From: Candidatus Latescibacterota bacterium
GTDB lineage: Bacteria; Latescibacterota; UBA2968; GCA-2709665
Length of the DNA: 64,000 bases
NCBI GenBank assembly: GCA_965219455.1
Contig: OZ244744.1
Coordinates: forward strand, 3,488,001-3,552,000
Direction of reading: 5' to 3'
Below the pieces are notes generated by a model that had not been told where the DNA came from, searched no databases, and saw only the letters and a list, made by a program, of their open reading frames with translations. Made by a program: the position numbers and the translations under genes. Position 1 is the stretch's first letter. Each line of letters begins with the position of its first letter. This document shows, piece after piece, positions 56,823 through 64,000 of the stretch.

Positions 56823-57863
56823 ATGACTGGCAAAACCTACCGTGCCGGAATTGTGGGCCTGGGCTTTATCGGCGGCGCAGACCAGGTATCCGGCGACGCA
56901 GTAGGACAATCGGTGAGCGATCTGGACGGAACCCATGCCGATGCGTTGAGCGGGCATCCCCGTGTCGTTATCTCCTCCGGGTCCAGCCGGGACGAGGGAC
57001 GTCGGGAGCGTTTTCAGGCCCGCACGGGCGCGCCGACCTACGCCGATTGGCGTGAGATGCTGGCTGGGGAGGCACTCGATATTGTAAGCGTGGCGACTTA
57101 TGCGCCCTTTCATGTCGACATCACGGTCGCATGCGCGAGGCAGGGTGTGCGCGCCGTCTATTGCGAGAAACCCATCGCGACCCGGGTGTCAGACGCCGAG
57201 CGGATGCGGAAGGCCTGTGAAGACGCCGGTACCCTGCTCGTCGCGAACCACAACCGGCGGTTTCAGCCTAACGCCAGGCGTCTGCGCGACCTCGTGGCCG
57301 ACGGCGCATTGGGAGAGCTGACCTCCGCAACCCTGCAATGGGGCTCAGGGCGGCTGGGCAACGTGGGTACCCATATGATCGATACGATCCAGATGTTGGC
57401 GGGGCGGGCTGTAGAGGCGGTGTCGGGAACACTGGATCCGGCCGGGAAGCCGGATTGCCGAGGCGAACAGTTCCGCGACCCCGGCGGCTGGGGCATGCTG
57501 CGCCTGGAGCGCGGACTGATCTGTACGATAGACGCGGCGGATTATGCGATGGTGCCGCCGCGGATTTCGATCCACGGGACGGAGGGCTGCGCCGGTCTTG
57601 ACGGCAGGGACGTGACCCTGGAGTTCTGGGACGGGCGGCGGGATGCCTGGCCGGCTCCGCAGGGTTCCTCTTCAATGGATCGGGCGGTGGGTGAGATTGT
57701 GGTTTGGCTGGACGGTGGAGCCCCCTTTCCGTACGCGGCATCGGAAGCCGTCCGGACGCTGGAAGCCATTGTGGGCATCCACGTCTCCCACGCCAGGAAC
57801 GCCGCATGGGTCGAGTTGCCCCTGACGGGACGGGACCGTGAACATGAGGTATTGAGCGGGTAG
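56823..57863 (+). CDS. Gfo/Idh/MocA oxidoreductase
   Basis: GIVGLG, CEKP, NHNRRF, GTH-ID. Confidence 0.9.
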   Translation: MTGKTYRAGIVGLGFIGGADQVSGDAVGQSVSDLDGTHADALSGHPRVVISSGSSRDEGRRERFQARTGAPTYADWREMLAGEALDIVSVATYAPFHVDITVACARQGVRAVYCEKPIATRVSDAERMRKACEDAGTLLVANHNRRFQPNARRLRDLVADGALGELTSATLQWGSGRLGNVGTHMIDTIQMLAGRAVEAVSGTLDPAGKPDCRGEQFRDPGGWGMLRLERGLICTIDAADYAMVPPRISIHGTEGCAGLDGRDVTLEFWDGRRDAWPAPQGSSSMDRAVGEIVVWLDGGAPFPYAASEAVRTLEAIVGIHVSHARNAAWVELPLTGRDREHEVLSG

Positions 57864-57876
57864 GGATGCTCCCTAA

Positions 57877-57905
57877 CAGTCCGGATGGACTTTTTCAACG
57901 GGCTG
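57877..57905. mobile_element. 29-bp internally deleted MITE with CTAA duplication
   Basis: CTAA|CAGTCCGGATGGACTTTTTCAACGGGCTG|CTAA retains both MITE tips. Confidence 0.75.
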
Positions 57906-57944
57906 CTAAGGGCGCAGGCACGATGGCGGCAACCCTGTTCAGGG

Positions 57945-58718
57945 TCATCCAGGGACCGGTCCGTACCTGGAAATGGCGTCGTCCGGCCCCACCGGACAGG
58001 GGTATGGGTCGGCGGTCTTCTTCTCAATGAGTTGTGGGTTGCCCAGAGCGTTGTAACAGATGATGAATGACCGCCGGTGGCGGCTGGACGTATTGGGCGT
58101 TGAGGAATGCAGCAGATTGCAGTGAAAGAAGAGGACCGAGCCGGGCGGCATCTCGCAGGAGACGCAATCCAACAGGGGTTCGATACCCGCGATTCTGACG
58201 GGGTCGGTGCCGGTCTGAGTGCCGACTCTGACGTGATCCAGCCGCCCCAGGAGATGGGAACCGCGCAGAACCTGCAGGCAGCCGTTTTCCCGCTTGCATT
58301 CGTCCAGGGCGATAAATGCGCTGACCATGCGGGGAAAGACGAATCCTTGATTATACCAGTATCCGTAGTCCTGGTGCCATTCCCACGCCCCGCCTTCGTG
58401 GGCATCTTTGAACATCACTTTGCCGTGGAAAAAGGCGACCTCTTCACCCAGAAGGATACGGATATTGTTGACAATGCGAGGACACGTGGACACCGCGGTC
58501 CAGATGTCGTTGCCCAGTTCATGCCAGATTGCCAGCCTGGACGTCATTCCTGACGCGTCGGAAATGGCGCGGGTGTTCTCCGCCACCCGCGCGCCCGTTT
58601 CAACGGCGTGAAGCAGAATGCGGACTTCTTCTTCGCTGAAGAGGTCTTCGACCAGGACGTAGCCGTTCCGGTGGAAATCGGAAACGTTGTTGGGATCGAG
58701 GTATACAGGTGCCTCCAT
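57945..58718 (-). CDS. PhyH-family 2OG-Fe(II) dioxygenase
   Basis: WHQD, NGCL-GSH, LH-S-PN-S-RR. Confidence 0.9.
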   Translation of the reverse strand: MEAPVYLDPNNVSDFHRNGYVLVEDLFSEEEVRILLHAVETGARVAENTRAISDASGMTSRLAIWHELGNDIWTAVSTCPRIVNNIRILLGEEVAFFHGKVMFKDAHEGGAWEWHQDYGYWYNQGFVFPRMVSAFIALDECKRENGCLQVLRGSHLLGRLDHVRVGTQTGTDPVRIAGIEPLLDCVSCEMPPGSVLFFHCNLLHSSTPNTSSRHRRSFIICYNALGNPQLIEKKTADPYPCPVGPDDAISRYGPVPG

Positions 58719-58751
58719 TATCCGGCCTTTCTGCCATACAAGGGGTTTTAA

Positions 58752-58915
58752 AGAAGCTGTCTTAAAATCCCCAACGGTCTTCGCGCGGCTGCAAAAGCGC
58801 CGTTCGGCGTTGGTCAAATCCACCCGTATCCTTAGATATGGGCGGATTTTCCCGCCTTGACCGTCACTTTTTCGCTCGCGCTCGGGAACTCACCGGTAAT
58901 TTTAAAACAGCTTCT
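58752..58915. mobile_element. ~164-bp MITE-like element (second family)
   Basis: IRs AGAAGCTGTCTTAAAAT (58752-58768) / ATTTTAAAACAGCTTCT (58899-58915), 16/17 match. Confidence 0.65.
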
Positions 58916-59749
58916 AAGGGTGGTTTGAATCTCGTAGATGGAGCCGCCCCTTGGTGCCGGTGGATAGGGTACCCGGACGGGAACATCCGTAAGACGGGGT
59001 TCGTACGTGGGTCTTCCGGCGACGATCTTCGCATTGAATGCCTCCCAGTCCGTTACCGGGGGCACAAGGGGCAAGGCGTCCACGGCGGCGTACGCAAACA
59101 GCAGCAGACGGCGGGGTCGGCTTGACGTGTTGGGTACTGAGCCGTGCAGCGCGCGAACGTGGTGGATCGAAACACCTCCGGCCCCGACTTCGATGGGTAC
59201 GGCACCCTCGGCGTTAAAGTCGGCTTCGGTTACGGCGCCCGCGAAATGTCCGTCCTGGTGGTGGTTGTAGACGCGTCCTCTGTGCGATCCGGGAATGGCC
59301 ATAAGACAGCCGTTCTCCAAGGTCATGGCGTCGATGGCGATTCCCACGGCCAGGAGGTCGTCGTTGGTGTGGGGGTAAAAGGCCCAGTCCTGGTGCCACT
59401 CGACGGGGCTGCCGAATTCCGCGGATTTCATGTTGAGTTTTTGTCCGTTGCAACGGATATTGGGGCCAATGAGCCGCGAAACGATCTCCATTAATCTCTT
59501 GTCGGATCGGGCTCGGGCATAGACCTCGTGCTGGTTCGTGGGTTCCTTGATCCGTCTGAGGCGAGGTGTTTCGGTGCAGTGCCCGGGTTCCAGGTCGAAT
59601 ACATCGTCGCTATGGGCCACCTGCCGGGATTTTTCGACAAAGTCATCCGTGATCCGCCTGAGGTCGTCAACCTCCTCTGTCGTAAACACCCCTTCCACGC
59701 CAAGAAAACCGTCGGCATGGTAAGCTTCGATCTGTTCCCGGGTGAGCAT
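58832..59749 (-). CDS. PhyH-family 2OG-Fe(II) dioxygenase
   Basis: WHQDWAFYPHTN, NGCL-PGSH, HGS-PN-S-PRR; the C-terminus runs into the MITE. Confidence 0.9.
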   Translation of the reverse strand: MLTREQIEAYHADGFLGVEGVFTTEEVDDLRRITDDFVEKSRQVAHSDDVFDLEPGHCTETPRLRRIKEPTNQHEVYARARSDKRLMEIVSRLIGPNIRCNGQKLNMKSAEFGSPVEWHQDWAFYPHTNDDLLAVGIAIDAMTLENGCLMAIPGSHRGRVYNHHQDGHFAGAVTEADFNAEGAVPIEVGAGGVSIHHVRALHGSVPNTSSRPRRLLLFAYAAVDALPLVPPVTDWEAFNAKIVAGRPTYEPRLTDVPVRVPYPPAPRGGSIYEIQTTLRSCFKITGEFPSASEKVTVKAGKSAHI

Positions 59750-60483
59750 GATCGAGTCCTTTCATGAACGGAGAATAGGCGTGAGGTACGATTTCACGTG
59801 AATAGGGTGAATATAAGGATTGAGTCGCGGATTCGCAACCGGCGATGTGCGAGTACGTGTGCGGACGGGAGAATACCAAAGGCAACGGAATAGTCCGGGA
59901 ACCCGCTTTGCGGGAATTGTGGAGCCGAGCGGGGTTTCCGCCTTGATCTTATCGGGAGGCATTTTTTGCTCCGCAAAGTTTAGAAGCGTTTGAGTAAGAG
60001 AGAGACGTTGGCGGGGTCTTTTCCAATCAGCGATTTCTGCTGTAACGTGGAGAATCCGATTGACACGTATGCACAATTTAGCCTATTTTAAGCTGTTCCC
60101 ACCGGTATAATATCGGTCTGTCAGACTCGGCCGACAGTCTTGCTCCCGTAACCATGTTCGGTTGTATTTTACTCGAATGCACGGCCAACCTTTGCAAAAT
60201 TGGCGACGATTGCAGACAGCAATTTCGCAACGCCAACGCGCGTCTGGCTCGTACGCACGACCATAGACGATGAGCGTTGTTTATCGCGCCGACAATTACG
60301 CCTGGAGTTGCCCGAAGAGCAACCCGCGAAAGTGGTGCCGGACGACCTTGGTTTGCAAAGTACGTCGCCGTCCCATCTAACGGGACGAAACGCCACATTC
60401 GACACTTGGTCCAAGAGTCTGACTGCGCGGAACGTGATTAAGTAGATCAACTCGACAACGACGCAATCCGGAGCAAGACACAA

Positions 60484-63183
60484 GTGAATATCACGACGCG
60501 TCCCAACTTAGATGCTGGCGCACCTGCGGGAGCACGATTCTACAGGTGTGCGCTTCAAGTGAACCCGCACCACTACGGCGGTACCTTCCGGGGGCAGCCC
60601 ACGGACGGTGACGCGATTAGCCACGCACAGGCCATTGTCGATAAGGCTGTCGAACTCGGCATCGAAGTACTAGCAATCACGGATCACAATGACGTGAGTG
60701 GGATCGCAGCCTTTCGGGCCGCCGCCGGGAATCGCTCGATTCATGTCTTCCCTGGTTTTGAGCTAATTTCCAGTGAGGGCGTGCATCTCTTGTGCCTTTA
60801 TCCTCCTGACGCCGACGATATCCAGCTCGGTCGTTATCTCGGTGAGTTCGGCATTCGCGGTACGAGTCCATCCTCCGATTTAGCCAATCAGACGTTTACG
60901 GAGGTGTTGGAGGTCGTACGTAGCCAGGGGGGGATTTCCATCGCAGCGCACGTTTTGAACGATGGTGGCCTCTTCAGGGTTTTATCCGGGCAGGCAAGAG
61001 TTCGCGCCTGGCAGGACGAAAACCTTCTCGCAATCCAGATTTCGGGCCTGATCCAGGATCTACCGCAGGACATTCGCCCAATCGTGGAGAACCGGAACAC
61101 CGACTATCGCCGCCCTCACTCACCCGAAGACGGCCTATCGATCGCTGTCGTCAATGCGAAAGACATCGTGAAACCGGAACAACTCGATGGTCGGTCGGCT
61201 ACTTGTTGGATCAAGATGCAGGAAGTCACTATCGACGGATTGCGCCAAGCCTTCCTGGATCCTGGATCGCGCATTCGTCTGAACCCCAGGAAAGGAGAGT
61301 TTCAGCCCGACGAGCACATGGAGATAGTCACTGTGGCTTGGGAAGGCGGATTTCTGGACGGGGTGACCATGCATCTCAATCCTAATCTGAACGTGCTCAT
61401 TGGCGGGCGCGGCACGGGGAAATCTACCGTTGTCGAAAGCATCCGCAGCGCACTTGGACTTGATCCTATCGGCGACGAGGCGCGCAAGGCCCATGACGGA
61501 ATCATGCGCCAGGTGCTACGCAACGGGACGAAGATATCACTTCGAGTCCGCGTCCAGCGTCCCGGGGTTCGCGAATATCGGATCGAGCGGACCATACCCA
61601 ATCCGCCATTGGTCCGGGAAGCGAGCGGCGAGGTGCTGAACCGTGCGCCAGCGGACATTCTTCCGCGAGTCGAAGCCTATGGTCAGCACGAGATTTCGGA
61701 ACTTGCAAGAAGCCCCGATAAGCTCACGCGCTTGCTTGATCGCTTCGTCGAGCGTGACGAATCACTTTCGCGTCGCAAGACGTCGCTGCTTACTGGGCTC
61801 GCGAAGAATCGCGGCGCATTGTGCGACACCCGTAGTGAGATTGAATCGGCTGAAGAGCGCCTTGCCGCGCTTCCCTGACTGAAGGAAACGCTTGAACGAT
61901 TTCAGGAAGTGGGACTTGAAGAGCGTCTGCGAGAGCAAAGCTTGCTCGTGCGAGAGGAACGCGTGATTGGTTCCGTTCCTCAACGTCTGGCGCCGTTCCG
62001 GGAGGCACTGGATATCTTGCGTAGAGATCTGCCGATAGATTTGACATTTCTGTCGGAGCGAGCGCTTGAGGAACTGCCTGGCAGGGATATTCTTTCCCAG
62101 GCGAACAAGGCACTTACCGATCTCGGGGAGGAAGTTGGCCGTATTGCAGATAGCCTGGAGCAGGCTTTGGAGGGCGCTGATCACGGCATCGACCAGGTGC
62201 GGACCACCTGGGACGTGCGCAGGCAGCAGGTTCAGGCCGAGTACGAACGCATCCTGCGCGAACTTCAGAAATCGCGAGTGGACGGAGAGGAATTCATCCG
62301 CCTTCGGCGCCAGATCGAGGAACTGAGGCCGCTTCAAGAGCGGCTTGTAGTTCTGCGGAGATTGGCGAAGGAACACGCCGACCAACGTCGCACGTTGCTT
62401 GCGGAGTGGGAAGACATCAAGGCCTCAGAGTTCCGCACCCTGGACGAGGCCGCCGGGAAGGTCAGCAACAAACTTCGCAACCGCGTACAGGTGGAGGTGA
62501 CGGGCGCGGGAAACCGTGAGCCGCTTTTTCAGATGCTGCGCGACGAGATCGGAGGTCGCATGTCGGAGGCCGTTGAGAGTCTTCGCAGGGCTCCCGAGCT
62601 TTCGCTTACGCAATTCGTCGAAGCGTGCCGATCCGGCGCCGAGGCGTTGCGCAATAGGTACGGCATCACGCCTGGCCAGGCGGAACGTTTCGCCGCCGGG
62701 GAGCGGGAAGTGTTTATGAAAATCGAGGAACTGGAGCTTGCGCCGACGACTGCGATCCGACTCAACACCGCGCCGGCGGGGGAGGCACCCGCATGGAAAC
62801 ACCTCGACGATCTATCTACGGGACAGAAGGCAACCGCTGTTCTTCTTCTTCTTCTTGAGTCGGGTACTCCACTGATCGTGGACCAGCCGGAGGATGATCT
62901 TGACAACCGCTTCATCACTGAGGGCGTCGTGCCGCGCATGCGCGAGGAGAAGCAACGGCGGCAGTTTATCTTCTCGACGCACAACGCAAACATTCCTGTG
63001 CTCGGCGACGCCGAGTTGATCCTCGGACTCTCGGCCGCCGGTGAGGCGAAAGATGGTCGGCCACGTGTCGCGTCCGAGCATGTGGGTTCGATCGATTCTC
63101 GAACCGTTCGTGAACTCGTGGAGGAGATCCTTGAGGGCGGTCGCGAGGCGTTCGAGACGCGGCGCCGAAAGTACGGATTCTGA
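60484..63183 (+). pseudogene. PHP domain + SMC-like ABC ATPase (Ppl/TrlF-like defence protein), interrupted by in-frame TGA at 61876-61878
   Basis: AITDHN, EL-GVH (PHP); Walker A GGRGTGKS; same frame after TGA gives coiled coil, LSTGQK, LIVDQPEDDLDN, STHNAN. Confidence 0.85.
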
Positions 63184-63186
63184 CCG

Positions 63187-64000
63187 ATGAACAGAACGGA
63201 GATGCTCGAACTCGTCGCCAATGGGGAGAACTCCCGCGTAGAATTCAAGCGAGACGACTGCCATCCGGATGACGTCACCAAGGAAATGTCCGCGCTGTTG
63301 AATCTTGAGGGCGGCGTCATCCTGCTTGGCGTGGAGAAGGACCAGCGAATCACTGGACTGACCCGGAACCGCGAGACGGCGGAGGAGTGGGTGATGAATA
63401 CCGCTCGAAACAACCTTCAACCGCCAACAACGCCGGTATGGACTTCGATAACGATGGAAGACGGCAGCATTGTGGGCGTAGTAGAGCTTCCCGCCGACAG
63501 TCCCGGCAAACCTCACAAGGCAAGGCGAGGGGGGGCGTGGGTCTCGTTCACGCGTGTCGGCAGTGAATCGAACAGGGCCACACGAGAGGAGGAAGCCAGA
63601 CTCTATCAGGCCGCCCGTCTGGTTCGATACGAGATAAAGCCGGTACCGGATATGGGACTGGAGTGTCTCGACTTTGATCGGATTGAGAACTACTTTAGTG
63701 AGATCCTGAACCGATCCGCCCCAGGTCCCGCCGACGTTGAGAGCTGGCGGCGACTTCTACTCAACTCTGACTTGCTGGTTGCTGCCGGAGACGGTGAAAA
63801 CGCGTCAGTTGCGGGCCTCTTACTGTTCGGCGAGAACCCGAACCGCCGTCTGCCGCAGGCTGGCGTGACGGCAGCGGCGTTCCCGGGCGTAGAGAAGGAC
63901 TACAACATGATTGACGAAGAGCGGATTCGCGGACCGCTTGTCTCGATCATCTCCAAACGTAGTGCGGCGGTCGAAAAAGGTGTGATCGACCGCACGGTGG
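63187..64000 (+). CDS. Schlafen/AlbA_2 domain protein with RecG-C/HATPase-like region (runs off window)
   Basis: Manual translation MNRTEMLELVANGENSRVEFKRD...EMSALLNLEGGVILLGVEKD...RVGSES...AGLLLFGENP; starts 3 bp after the ATPase stop. Confidence 0.88.
   Translation, partial: MNRTEMLELVANGENSRVEFKRDDCHPDDVTKEMSALLNLEGGVILLGVEKDQRITGLTRNRETAEEWVMNTARNNLQPPTTPVWTSITMEDGSIVGVVELPADSPGKPHKARRGGAWVSFTRVGSESNRATREEEARLYQAARLVRYEIKPVPDMGLECLDFDRIENYFSEILNRSAPGPADVESWRRLLLNSDLLVAAGDGENASVAGLLLFGENPNRRLPQAGVTAAAFPGVEKDYNMIDEERIRGPLVSIISKRSAAVEKGVIDRTV

Noticed and set aside
59760-60480. Short ORFs or possible transposase remnant at the island boundary
   Set aside because: No recognisable motifs or paired inverted repeats; cannot be supported without a search.
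61876-61910. Selenocysteine recoding of the TGA
   Set aside because: Position is in a coiled coil, not a Cys-type active site, and the downstream stem is not a convincing SECIS.
1-64000. CRISPR array, rRNA, retron/RT or prophage genes
   Set aside because: No regularly spaced repeat-spacer array, rRNA, reverse transcriptase or virion gene motifs seen by eye.

Overview
A GC-rich bacterial chromosomal segment. Expanded TPR-GWxTD proteins plus PhyH, Gfo/Idh/MocA, sugar isomerase and heparinase-like genes suggest a Latescibacterota/FCB-type organism (inference only). Two lower-GC defence islands bracket the window. On the left, an IS1380-family element abuts a three-gene Lamassu/ABC-3C system. 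On the right, a PHP-SMC/ABC ATPase (Ppl/TrlF-like, with one in-frame TGA) is followed by a Schlafen/AlbA_2 protein. The core holds an argR-C-B-D-G-H operon (argC frameshifted, tandem ARG boxes), nfeD-floA-yqfB, tRNA-Met(CAT), tRNA-Leu(CAA), two TA-type pairs, an ABC exporter and catabolic enzymes. The main unannotated structures are: (1) a 2.2 kb transposase-less cargo element with 26-bp terminal inverted repeats, an 8-bp duplication and an internal deletion scar; (2) an IS5/IS1182-like MITE family, one copy of which carries two 25-26-bp palindromic insertions with GC duplications; (3) a shared ECF-type promoter motif upstream of the GWxTD loci; (4) a beta-CASP RNase with a fourfold repeated KH-like tail; (5) an apparently inactivated primase-like gene coupled to argH.
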